Assembly (NCBI GenBank): GCA_009927815.1
Contig: RFMI01000032.1
Location: 1 to 55,706, forward strand
DNA: 55,706 nucleotides
Source of the DNA: Betaproteobacteria bacterium
GTDB lineage: Bacteria; Pseudomonadota; Gammaproteobacteria; Burkholderiales; UBA3065
Direction: 5' to 3'
Shown here one piece after another: positions 1 to 15,796 of the stretch. Numbering within the stretch: the first letter of the stretch is position 1; each line of letters opens with the position of its first letter. The notes beneath the pieces were generated by a model, which saw only the letters and a list, made by a program, of their open reading frames with translations, was not told the DNA's origin and searched no databases. A program made the position numbers and the translations under genes.

Positions 1-210
1 TCGTTCAAGGGCGCGGCGTTCGGTCTGGAGCCTGTTCTCACCCAGAGTGCGTGGTTCCGTCCGCACAACCGCAGCGAGGACATCCGTGGTCTCTACATGG
101 TCGGCGCCAGCACCCACCCGGGCGCGGGCATGCCGGGCGTTCTGGCCTCGGCTAAGGCGCTGGAGTCGGTTCTGCCTGAGGCGGCCGCCGTTTTGGAGGG
201 ACGCGCATGA
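1..210 (+). CDS. crtI: Phytoene desaturase, 3' end (partial)
   Basis: Frame 1 reads SFKGAAFGLEPVLTQSAWFRPHNRSEDIRGLYMVGASTHPGAGMPGVLASAKA...RA*, the conserved CrtI C-terminus; TGA at 208-210 overlaps the crtB ATG (ATGA). Confidence 0.93.
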   Translation, partial: SFKGAAFGLEPVLTQSAWFRPHNRSEDIRGLYMVGASTHPGAGMPGVLASAKALESVLPEAAAVLEGRA

Positions 211-1262
211 AACGCGAAGACCTGCCCCCGGCGATGCCCCACTACGATGCCTCGGCCAGTTGCCGCGAGATGTTGCGTGGCGGCTCGAAGTCGTTTTTTG
301 CAGCGTCGCGTTTGCTAGGCCGCGATTACCGCGAGCCGGCCACTGCGCTCTACGCGTTTTGTCGGGTGGCAGACGACGCGATCGATTTCGCCGACGATCC
401 CCATCAGGCTCTGGAGCAGCTGTGCCGGCGGCTCGACGCGATCTACGCGGGTCATCCTGAGCAACACACTGCCGACCGCGCGTTTGCGCCGGTCGTGGCG
501 CAGTACGCCATTCCGCGGGCTTTGCCGCAAGCGCTGCTGGAGGGGTTCGCTTGGGATGCGGTCGGTCGTCGGTATGACACGCTAGACGATCTGCTGGACT
601 ACGCGGCGCGGGTGGCGGGGACTGTGGGCGCGATGATGGCCTTGATCATGGGTGCGCGTTCGCCACGGACCCTCGCCCGCGCCTGTGAGCTCGGGCTGGC
701 CATGCAACTCACCAACATTGCTCGCGATGTCGGCGAAGACGCCCGCAATGGCCGGGTTTACCTGCCGCTTGACTGGTTGCGCGAGGCCGGTGTCGATCTG
801 GACGCTTGGCTTGCTGACCCGCAGCCGCTGCCGGCGATTCGCGACATCACACGCCGCCTGCTCGAGGAGGCCGATGTCTGCTATCAGCGCGCCGAATCCG
901 GGATCGCCGACCTGCCGCGCAGTTGCCGGCCAGCGATGATGGCGGCGCGGCTGGTCTACGCCGAAATCGGACGCGAAGTCGAGCGTCGCCAGTTCGATTC
1001 GGTGAGCCAGCGCGCGGTGGTGTCGGGGCAGCGCAAGCTGGCGCTGCTGGTGCGGGCAATGCGTGCAGGCGCCTTGGCGCCGCAGCGGGCACACAGCCAC
1101 CCAGCGCTGCCAGCGGTGCGGTTCTTGGTCGAATCCGTGCTGGATGTGCCCAATCCAGAGCGCCGTCCGCAAAGCTTTGTCGACCGTACGGTGGGCATCG
1201 TGCAGATGTTCGAACGGGTCGCCGAGCGGGACCGCCGTCAGCGCACCCTGCTCGCAGGTTGA
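207..1262 (+). CDS. crtB: Phytoene synthase
   Basis: GSKSFFAAS, LYAFCRVADDAID, YAARVAGTVG and LGLAMQLTNIARDVGED-GRVYLP motifs; follows crtI. Confidence 0.96.
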   Translation: MKREDLPPAMPHYDASASCREMLRGGSKSFFAASRLLGRDYREPATALYAFCRVADDAIDFADDPHQALEQLCRRLDAIYAGHPEQHTADRAFAPVVAQYAIPRALPQALLEGFAWDAVGRRYDTLDDLLDYAARVAGTVGAMMALIMGARSPRTLARACELGLAMQLTNIARDVGEDARNGRVYLPLDWLREAGVDLDAWLADPQPLPAIRDITRRLLEEADVCYQRAESGIADLPRSCRPAMMAARLVYAEIGREVERRQFDSVSQRAVVSGQRKLALLVRAMRAGALAPQRAHSHPALPAVRFLVESVLDVPNPERRPQSFVDRTVGIVQMFERVAERDRRQRTLLAG

Positions 1263-1266
1263 CCCT

Positions 1267-2475
1267 CTAACGCACCCGCGGCATCCGCCAGGGCAGCATC
1301 AACCGCGTGCTTAGCCGTTCGAGCTTGCCCACGTCCAGGCTCTCGTGAAACGTGGTGGCGCGCTCGCCGCAGACCGTCGCGTCCAGGACCGCGCGTTGGT
1401 AGAACGGCGTGTCCTCGAGCGTCTCGACAACCTGGGGTGCATCGGCGCTGCGCATGTGGCGCGGCACTCGCCAGAAGGTGCGCGACAAGGGGTGGCGGGC
1501 GTCGGCAGCAAAGGATTCCACAGCGCCGTCGGGACGGAAACGCAGGGCCAGCAGGCGGTCGGCCCCAGCCTTCTGACGCACGTCGTAGACCACCGCGCTG
1601 CTGCCATCAGCCAGCGTGCTGCGCGACCAATCCCAGCTGGAGAACGGCCGCTCGATGGGTTCGCTGCCTTCGTTCGAATCAAAATAGCCGGCGCCTTCCC
1701 AGCGCAGGTCCGGATGGTCAAGATCCACTTCGACTCGCGATGCGGGTGCCAGTGGCCCCCAGTGATGCCGGGCATCGTCGTCCAAGGGCCAGGTCTGGTT
1801 GAATAGCGCACCCGGATGCAGGCGAATGCGACCGCGCACCCGCTGCGGCAGCGGATTGGACCACTCGTCGACCGTGATGGTCAGCGCGCTGCCGTCCCAG
1901 TGAAGCGCGCTGGGACCCACGGCAAAGTGGTCCACCGAGCGTGACATGCTGGCGCGCGAGCGCTCGGTCATGGTCCAGCGTCGCACGCCTGGTCCGTAGA
2001 GGCAGACATTGATGCAGCAGTGATTCTCGGGATCGGCGTGGCCGCGTTGGCGGGCCCAGTGGTAATACGAGGAGAACACGCTGCCGACAAAGGCGATCAC
2101 GGTCAGGCCGTAGCGTCCGCAATCGCTCAGGGCATCGACGTACCACCAGAGATAGCCACCCGCCGCGACGGGCTGGTCGAATCGAGGTGAGCCATCAGCG
2201 TGGCGGCCGCCAGTCGGCCGGACATGGCTGCCATCGGAACGCCCGGGCCCGGGTGAGCGCTGCCTCCCGCCAGGTAGAGCCCCGGGATCGCCGTCGACGA
2301 CGCAGGTCGCCGGAACGAGGCCATCCAGCCATGGCACGCTTCGCCATATAGGGCTCCGCCCGTCGCCGGAAACAGGCGCTCGAAATCCTGCGGCGTGGTC
2401 AGCACCGTCTGCTGGGGATCGTGCTCCAACTGCAGGCCACAGCGTTGCATTAGGGTCATGGCGTTGGTGTGACAT
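1267..2475 (-). CDS. crtC: Carotenoid 1,2-hydratase (hydroxyneurosporene synthase); start uncertain, N-terminus overlaps crtD
   Basis: PRFDQPVAAGGYLWWYVDALSD, IAFVGSVFS, HHWGPLAP, GYFDSNEGSEP, WDWSR and EDTPFY motifs typical of CrtC. Confidence 0.9.
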   Translation of the reverse strand: MSHQRHDPNATLWPAVGARSPADGADHAAGFRAPVSGDGRSPIWRSVPWLDGLVPATCVVDGDPGALPGGRQRSPGPGRSDGSHVRPTGGRHADGSPRFDQPVAAGGYLWWYVDALSDCGRYGLTVIAFVGSVFSSYYHWARQRGHADPENHCCINVCLYGPGVRRWTMTERSRASMSRSVDHFAVGPSALHWDGSALTITVDEWSNPLPQRVRGRIRLHPGALFNQTWPLDDDARHHWGPLAPASRVEVDLDHPDLRWEGAGYFDSNEGSEPIERPFSSWDWSRSTLADGSSAVVYDVRQKAGADRLLALRFRPDGAVESFAADARHPLSRTFWRVPRHMRSADAPQVVETLEDTPFYQRAVLDATVCGERATTFHESLDVGKLERLSTRLMLPWRMPRVR

Positions 2476-3677
2476 TGCTCGATCTCCTCGGGGTCCAATT
2501 GGCGGAGGTCGCCGATTGCCGGCGCATTAACCAGAGCCAGCAGGCGTTCGCGTTGATGGATGTCGGCATCGTCGTCGTGGCGATCTTGCGCACACAGGTA
2601 GACCGTGCCTTTTCGCGGCAGACGGCCGTGGCCGAAAATGTCGCGGAATTCACTGCGGTAGTCGTCGTCGAAAAAGACGTTGTGGTGAACCAGCGGGAGC
2701 CCGCGCGTCTGTGCGTGCAGACACCAGGTCATGGCTGACAGCGACCGCGCTTGAGGGGTGATCGCGGGCGCCGCGCCTTGAACACCAGACCCCAACAAGC
2801 CTTGTGCCAAGGCGGCGACATCGCCATTGAAGACCACAGAATCTGCCGGAAGCCGCTCACCACCAGCCAGCACCACTGCACTGACTTTGCCGTGGTTCAG
2901 CTCGATCGACTCGACCGGGCTCGCAGTGCGAATCTGGGCGCCGTTGCGTTGTGCCAGTCGCGCCAACGCCCGTCCGATCTCGACCATTCCACCGCCGACG
3001 GTCCAGACGCCTTGTTGCTCGACATGGGCTACCAACATCAATGTGGCGGGCGCCGCAAATGGCGATGAGCCGCAGTAGGTGGCGTACCGGCCGAATAGTT
3101 GTTGCAGGCGTGGGTCGTGGAAGTGCCGAGACAAGGCGCTCCAGAGGTCGCGGAACGGCCCCAGCCCGAACAGCACGGCGGAGCCGTGGAGCCCAAGGTC
3201 GCTCATCATGCTGGGCAGACTCGGTCGCGCCGAGCGAATGTAGGGGCCCTCGAGGGTGTTGTAGACCTCCCGCGACTGAGCGGCAAACGCGAGATAACGC
3301 CGCGCTTCGGCGGGCCCGGCAAATACGCCGATCGCCTCGGCAGACCGTTGTGGATCGGCGAACAGGTCGAGTTGGCCGCCGCTGCTCCACGCATGTCGGG
3401 CAAGGGTTCGTACCGGCGTGAGCACGAGTTCATCCTCAAGGCGCAAGCCTGCCTCGGCGAACAGTCCCTCGAACACCCAGCGCATGGTGAACACCGTCGG
3501 TCCGGCGTCGACGCTGTGACCACCCACAGACACCTGCCGCAACTTGCCGCCGACGTCGTTGGCACGCTCAAGCAGCGTGACGTCAAGACCTTGGCGAGCC
3601 AGTGCGGCGGCTGCCGTCAGACCGCCGACGCCGCCCCCGACCACCACGACGCGGTGCGTTCGCAAGGCTGGCGTCAT
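2127..3677 (-). CDS. crtD: 1-hydroxycarotenoid 3,4-desaturase (methoxyneurosporene dehydrogenase)
   Basis: Rossmann VVVVGGGVGGL, DAGPTVFTMRWVF, GRYATYCGSSPF, GGSAHPGPGVPMAAMSG. Confidence 0.95.
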   Translation of the reverse strand: MTPALRTHRVVVVGGGVGGLTAAAALARQGLDVTLLERANDVGGKLRQVSVGGHSVDAGPTVFTMRWVFEGLFAEAGLRLEDELVLTPVRTLARHAWSSGGQLDLFADPQRSAEAIGVFAGPAEARRYLAFAAQSREVYNTLEGPYIRSARPSLPSMMSDLGLHGSAVLFGLGPFRDLWSALSRHFHDPRLQQLFGRYATYCGSSPFAAPATLMLVAHVEQQGVWTVGGGMVEIGRALARLAQRNGAQIRTASPVESIELNHGKVSAVVLAGGERLPADSVVFNGDVAALAQGLLGSGVQGAAPAITPQARSLSAMTWCLHAQTRGLPLVHHNVFFDDDYRSEFRDIFGHGRLPRKGTVYLCAQDRHDDDADIHQRERLLALVNAPAIGDLRQLDPEEIEQCHTNAMTLMQRCGLQLEHDPQQTVLTTPQDFERLFPATGGALYGEACHGWMASFRRPASSTAIPGLYLAGGSAHPGPGVPMAAMSGRLAAATLMAHLDSTSPSRRVAISGGTSMP

Positions 3678-4366
3678 CCGAAAGCGCGACCCTTGTAGCT
3701 GCCCTCGGGGGCTACAGGAATGAAGCGGGCGAACATCGATTCGGCGAAGAAGCCCGACTTGTGTGCCGCTTTAATGGCGTCGAGATGGGCGCCAGTGCGC
3801 GCGTAATGGTCCATGTCGTCGACCTTGTTCCAGATGCTGAAGGTCGCCTGACGGAGCAGCGGCGCTTCGCCCAAGCCGGTGGCGAGCAGGCAGCCGGGTG
3901 CGTCGGCCAGCGCGTCCTGAGCGGGAGGCGCTTTGCGCCAGAATGCTGCGGCCCGTGCCGGCTTGATCGAGGCCCGGGTGAGGGCGGCTATCGGTCCAGT
4001 CAGGGGCGTTTCGGCAACAATCGGCAGGCTCATGCCGGACCAGCTGCCGCGGCACGAGTAGGTGTGCAGCCGAATACTGAAGAACTCGCGGGCGTGGCTG
4101 CGGTAACGCTCCACCAAGGGGTGCGATCGCACAAACTCTGCGGCCTCGGCGTCGCTGGCAAATACGCAGAACAAGCCTTGTCGGGTGGCGCTGGGTCGCA
4201 GTCCGAATCCACCATCTTCGCCACTGCCCAGCACCTTGAAAAACTGCAGCCCGGGGATGTCGTCCATGTCAAAACGGCCGACAACAAAGCGGGAGAAGCC
4301 CCACATCCGGGACTGCTCTGCAATGTCGAGCAGAATCAGCGTCGCGACCGGACCCTCGGTCGCCAT
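3674..4366 (-). CDS. crtA: Spheroidene monooxygenase
   Basis: KVLGSGEDGGF, PIAALTRASI, GLGEAPLLRQATFSIW, GAHLDAI and ESMFARF motifs; sits among crt genes. Confidence 0.85.
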   Translation of the reverse strand: MATEGPVATLILLDIAEQSRMWGFSRFVVGRFDMDDIPGLQFFKVLGSGEDGGFGLRPSATRQGLFCVFASDAEAAEFVRSHPLVERYRSHAREFFSIRLHTYSCRGSWSGMSLPIVAETPLTGPIAALTRASIKPARAAAFWRKAPPAQDALADAPGCLLATGLGEAPLLRQATFSIWNKVDDMDHYARTGAHLDAIKAAHKSGFFAESMFARFIPVAPEGSYKGRAFG

Positions 4367-4368
4367 CG

Positions 4369-5808
4369 CTAGCTGTCCAGTCGCTCGCCGAGGTCGCCCA
4401 GGCCGTACTGACGGAGTTTGACGTACAGGCTCTGACGCGACAGGCCGAGCATCTCGGCTGCGCTGGCGCGATTGTCGCGGGTCAGTTCGAGGGCGGCTTC
4501 GATGCAGAGCTTCTCGATCAGTTCAGCGGTCTCGCCGACGATGTCCTTCAGCGGGACACGGCCCACCAATTCGGTGAGTTGGCTTGCGCTGCGGGTCAGT
4601 CCATCGGGCGTGGCCGGCTCCTCGAGTCGGGTGGCGACGTCGCGGACGCTGAAGCACAGGAAATTCCGCCCGTTGACATGCAAGGCGCGGGCCGACATCT
4701 CGACCTGGGTCTGCAAGCCGTTTTCGCCGCGCAGGGTCGTGGCAAACAGTCGAACCGAGCCGCGTTGGCGCAGGTTGGCCAGCAGCACCGAGAGGTCTAC
4801 CCCCGAGCGGCCGAGCCAACGGTCCAAGGACTCGCCGAGGAGAGCATTGGGGTGCGCCAATTGCGCCAGATCGGCGAACGCTTGATTTGCGCTGACGACG
4901 ATGCCGCTCGCGTCGGTGACGACAAAACCATCTGGCAATTGGCCGAGCGCCTCGAGGGTCAGCGCCGTGTTGTCTTGGGCTTCCTGGCTCGACGCCAAAC
5001 CTCGGCCAACCAGGCGGATCAAAAACAGGCTCTGGTTGTCTTGGCGGAACACGCTGGCGCTGACTTCGGTCTCGTTGCCACCAACGGCGAGGCGTGCGCT
5101 GCTGGCCTGCCCGCGGCCGGTGCTCAGCACCGAGGTCAATACGCTGTCGAGTTCGTTGCGGTTGGCTGCGTCAAAACAGTCGTTGAACGCTCTTCCAGTG
5201 GGCTTGCGGCCACCGGCCGTCAGCAATTGCTCGGCTGCAGTGTTGGCCTCAAGGATGCGACGACTGGCCGCATCGACCACCAAGGTCGGTTCGGGCGCGG
5301 TTTCGAACAGCAGCCGGTAGCGGGCTTCCATCTGGCGCATGCGTTGATAGTCGCGCTCCATCGCCTGATGCGAATCGACCAGGCGCTGTTGCAATTCGGT
5401 GACGCTGCGCAGATCACGGCCATAGGCGAGGATGCGGCCATCGCTCAAGCGCGCCGACCCATATTGAATGGGCAGCGACTGGCCGTCGCGATCGACATGG
5501 TTGATGTGGCGCCATTTGCGTTGACGACCCACGCGGGCGTCTTCGAGCAGTGCGTCGACCTTGTCGCGGCATTCCGGGCTGACGACATCAACCAGCAAGC
5601 GACCGATCCAGGCCTGGGCTTGCTCAAGCTGCGAGTCGGCTTGGGTCAGTCGCGCGCGCTGGATCCGACCCTCATCGTCGAGGATTAGCGAAATGTCGGC
5701 TGCGGCAGCCAGCAGCGAGGCAGCCGCCAGCGGTTCGACGGTGCTGACGACGTCAACTGCATCGGGGTAGCCGTTCTGGGTGACCTGTCCGGTGGGGCTC
5801 TTGCTCAA
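4369..5808 (-). CDS. ppsR: Photosynthesis gene regulator PpsR/CrtJ (3 PAS domains + Fis-type HTH)
   Basis: Q-linker QQRLVDSHQAMERDY, LVGRVPLKDIV, IEKLCIEAALELTRDNRASAAEMLGLSRQSLYVKL with the redox Cys. Confidence 0.96.
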   Translation of the reverse strand: MSKSPTGQVTQNGYPDAVDVVSTVEPLAAASLLAAAADISLILDDEGRIQRARLTQADSQLEQAQAWIGRLLVDVVSPECRDKVDALLEDARVGRQRKWRHINHVDRDGQSLPIQYGSARLSDGRILAYGRDLRSVTELQQRLVDSHQAMERDYQRMRQMEARYRLLFETAPEPTLVVDAASRRILEANTAAEQLLTAGGRKPTGRAFNDCFDAANRNELDSVLTSVLSTGRGQASSARLAVGGNETEVSASVFRQDNQSLFLIRLVGRGLASSQEAQDNTALTLEALGQLPDGFVVTDASGIVVSANQAFADLAQLAHPNALLGESLDRWLGRSGVDLSVLLANLRQRGSVRLFATTLRGENGLQTQVEMSARALHVNGRNFLCFSVRDVATRLEEPATPDGLTRSASQLTELVGRVPLKDIVGETAELIEKLCIEAALELTRDNRASAAEMLGLSRQSLYVKLRQYGLGDLGERLDS

Positions 5809-6689
5809 TTCGGCTGTGCTCGTTCTTGGATCAGGCGGTCGGCCGCTCGCAGGGCGTCGAGGGCGTCACCGGAGTAGGCTTCAGCGCCCAACATGGCACG
5901 AACGCTGGCATCAAAGACCAGCGGACCGCCGACCATGATGCCGAGTCCCGGGTTCAGCGACGCGCTGCGCACTTCGCGAATCAGTTGGCTCAGCGCATCG
6001 AGGTGGGCGCTGTTGCTGACCGACACGGCTGCGACGTCGTACCAGTCCGAGCGCACCGCGTCGATCAAGGCCGCGGGCTGCGCCTCGATTTCGGCACAGG
6101 CACTCCACCCCGCGCGGCGGAAGAACTGCGTCAGCATGTAAAAGCCCAAGGTGTGCTGACTGCCAGGGGCCGGTGAGAGCAGGATGCGTCGCTGCGGCTG
6201 GCGGAACTCGGGCTCTGCGCAAAACTCTTCGGCGAGCGATTGCACCAGGCTCTGGATACGCCACAGCGCTAGGGTGACTTCGGGGAACGTGCAGTCGTCG
6301 GTTTCCCAAAGTCTGCCAATCTGCCGTGCGGCCGGCGCCAGCAGCTCAAGATAGAGCGCAGGCAATTCGTGGCCCAGCGATCGCAAGCGGGCGAACTCGG
6401 TCTCGTGCGCCGCAGCGTCGAGCGCGAGGCAGGCGCATACATAGTCCTGGACATCGGCGGCGCTCACCGGCGCGGGGATGTGCTGAGGCAGGTCCATCGG
6501 CGGCCGCCGATGCGACCGGAGCAATTGCGGAATGATCTGTGCGCTGAGCGTTTGCATCAGTTGTGATCGCGCGTCGAGACCATCGTCGGCCCGCAGCTCT
6601 TGCCGCTGGCCTGCGGTCGCGGATGAGTTCCCGTGATCGCCGGACGAGGTGCCCTGAAGGCGCTTTGCAGACATCGAATTTGCGCCCAT
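5805..6689 (-). CDS. ppaA: Cobalamin-binding antirepressor PpaA/AerR
   Basis: LYLELLAPAARQIGRLWETDDCTF, PGSQHTLG and IMVGG B12-binding domain features; directly upstream of ppsR and divergent from bchF. Confidence 0.88.
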   Translation of the reverse strand: MGANSMSAKRLQGTSSGDHGNSSATAGQRQELRADDGLDARSQLMQTLSAQIIPQLLRSHRRPPMDLPQHIPAPVSAADVQDYVCACLALDAAAHETEFARLRSLGHELPALYLELLAPAARQIGRLWETDDCTFPEVTLALWRIQSLVQSLAEEFCAEPEFRQPQRRILLSPAPGSQHTLGFYMLTQFFRRAGWSACAEIEAQPAALIDAVRSDWYDVAAVSVSNSAHLDALSQLIREVRSASLNPGLGIMVGGPLVFDASVRAMLGAEAYSGDALDALRAADRLIQERAQPN

Positions 6690-6754
6690 GGCGCCCTCCG
6701 GTTAAGTGGATGTGATACCGGACGTCTGTTTTTATGCACTGCTCTTTTTTGCTG

Positions 6755-6886
6755 ATGGTGTCCCCGGAAGCGCCCTGTGTCAATCAGCAAAGCGGATTTA
6801 TGTGACACCCCACCCTGACAGTTTGCAATTGTCAACGCTAGAGGACGTACAGTTTAGTTGACACTTTGGCTTCGGCGCTCTAGATT
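6755..6886. promoter_or_regulatory. Divergent ppaA/bchF promoter region with imperfect PpsR boxes
   Basis: TTGACA (6858-6863)-17 bp-TAGATT (6881-6886) toward bchF; reverse TTGACA at 6778-6783 toward ppaA; one-mismatch TGT-N12-ACA boxes at 6803-6820, 6830-6847 and 6846-6863. Confidence 0.6.
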
Positions 6887-6922
6887 GGGTTGCACAAGCC
6901 ACTGTAAGGCGGGGCAACGGAC

Positions 6923-8751
<1,829 letters not shown>

Positions 8752-8752
8752 C

Positions 8753-10361
8753 ATGCAACTGACACTGTGGACCTACGAAGGCCCGCCGCACGTGGGTGCG
8801 ATGCGGGTCGCGACTGCGCTGGAAGATGTTCACTACGTGTTGCATGCGCCACAAGGCGACACCTACGCCGATCTGCTCTTCACCATGATCGAGCGACTGC
8901 CCAAGCGCCCGCCGGTCACCTACACCACCTTTCAGGCGCGCGACCTCGGCGGCGATACCGCGGAGCTGTTCAAGAACGCTGCCCGCGAGGCCCATGAGCG
9001 GTTCAAGCCGGCGGCAATGATGGTCGGCGCCTCGTGCACCGCCGAGCTGATCCAGGACGATCCAGGCGGGCTCGCGGCGGCACTTGACCTGCCGATCCCG
9101 GTGGTTGCGCTGGAGTTGCCCTCGTACCAGAAGAAAGAGAACTGGGGCGCGGCCGAAACCTTTTACCAGATGGTCCGTGGCCTGGCTGGACCGCATGCCC
9201 CGGCGCCGGGTACGCCCCGCCCGCCGCGAGTTGCTGGAGCGCAGCCGTCTTGCAACATCCTCGGTCCGACCGCGCTGGGATTCCGCCACCGCGACGATGT
9301 GCGCGAGATTCGGGGCCTGCTGGAGTCGATCGGGGTCGAAGTTCGGGTGGTCGCGCCGCAGGGTGCCACGGCTGCCGATCTGGCCCGCTTGGGCGAGGCC
9401 GATTTCAATGTTGTGCTGTATCCGGAGACGGCGGGCAGTACCGCCAATTGGCTGCAACGCAATTTCGGCCAGCAGTACACCCGCACCATTCCAATCGGCG
9501 CAATCGCCACTCGCGAGTTCATCGCCGAGGTGGCTGACTTGGCTGGCATCGACCCAGAGCGGGCTCAAGCAGCGGGACGCTCGCGTGCGCCGTGGTACTC
9601 GCGATCGGTGGATTCGACCTACCTCACCGGCAAGCGAGTGTTCGTTTTTGGCGACGGCACCCACGCCGTGGCTGCGGCGCGAGTGGCCGCTGAGGAGTTC
9701 GGCTTCACCGTCGTCGGCATCGGCACTTACAGCCGCGAGTTTGCACGTGAGGTGCGTGCTGCCGCCGACAAGTACGGCGTCGAGCCGCTGATCACCGACG
9801 ACTATCTCGAGGTCGAGGCGCGTGTCGCCGAGTTGCAGCCCGAACTGGTCCTCGGTACGCAAATGGAGCGCCACATCGCCAAGCGTCTGGGCGTGCCCTG
9901 CGCGGTGATTTCAGCTCCGGTCCATGTGCAGGACTTCCCCGCCCGCTATGCCCCGCAGATGGGATTTGAAGGCGCCAACGTGCTGTTTGACACGTGGGTT
10001 CACCCGCTGATGATGGGGTTGGAAGAACACCTGCTGGGCATGTTCCGTGAGGACTTTGAGTTCCACGATGGCGCGGCCGCATCGCATCTGGGTCATGGCA
10101 GCTCGCGGCCACAACCGCCCGAGGCGATTTCGCCGATCGCGATGGGCGAGGCTGCCGCGGCGGCAGCGGGTTTGGCCACCAGCGCACCGGCCGGCGAGCC
10201 GGTGGCAGGCGAGCTGGTCTGGGCCGCCGACGCCCAAAAAGAGCTCGGCAAGATCCCCTTTTTCGTGCGCGGCAAGGCTCGCCGCAACACCGAGGCTTAT
10301 GCCAGCCAGCACGGCGTCGCCCTGATTACCGTCGAAACCCTCTACGAGGCCAAGGCCCACT

Positions 10362-10372
<11 letters not shown>
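8753..10372 (+). CDS. bchB: Dark-operative protochlorophyllide reductase subunit B
   Basis: True start [18 protein letters not shown] at ATG 8753 (the track ORF starts too early); [18 protein letters not shown]; C-terminal PCP_red domain [15 protein letters not shown]. Confidence 0.97.
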
Positions 10373-15037
<4,665 letters not shown>

Positions 15038-15045
15038 GCGGCTGA

Positions 15046-15796
15046 TTGGATAAGGGGAGGCCAAGCGTGCACGTCGTCAAGGACCATCTGATCTCTGAGG
15101 CGCCGTCCTATCGGGAGCGGCGGCGGATGATCCAGCACTACTTCGATCGCACCGCCGTCGAGGCTTGGGCGCGGCTCACCTCTACTGCGCCGGTCAGCGG
15201 CATCCGCGCGACCGTACGCGCCGGCCGCGAGACCATGCGCAATCACCTGCTGTCCTATCTGCCAGACGATTTGTCGGGGCGGCGTGTGCTCGACGCAGGG
15301 TGTGGGACCGGCGCGATGGCGGTGGAGATGGCTCGGCGCGGCGCCGAAGTGGTCGCGGTTGATCTGTCGCCGACGCTCATCCAATTGGCTCGCGACCGCA
15401 CACCCACGGACCTGGGCGGCGGTTCAATCGAATTTCGCGCCGGCGACATGCTCAGTCCGCAACTGGGGACCTTCGACCACGTGGTGTCGATGGATGCGCT
15501 CATCCACTATCAGAGCCGTGATGTGGTCCGCGTGCTTGAAGGGCTCGGTCAGCGCACACGGCGCAGCGTGGTGTTCACGTTTGCACCGCAGTCTTTGTTT
15601 CTGGCGGGAATGATGATGGCGGGCAAACTCTTCCCGCGCGGTGATCGCTCGCCGGCGATCTATCCAGTGCGCGAACGTGCCCTGCGCCGGATGATCGAGC
15701 GCGATGCGGCCATGCGCCATTGGCAAGTCGGTCGCACCGACAAGGTCTCGCGGGGGTTTCTACATCTCGCAAGCGTTGGAGCTGACACGCCGATGA
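15046..15796 (+). CDS. bchM: Mg-protoporphyrin IX methyltransferase (single-base frameshift near 3' end, probably a sequencing error; start uncertain)
   Basis: YFDRTAVEAWARLTS, VLDAGCGTG, PRGDRSPAI; removing one G from the G5 at 15752-15756 restores RGFYISQALELTRR* with TGA at 15794-15796. Confidence 0.92.
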
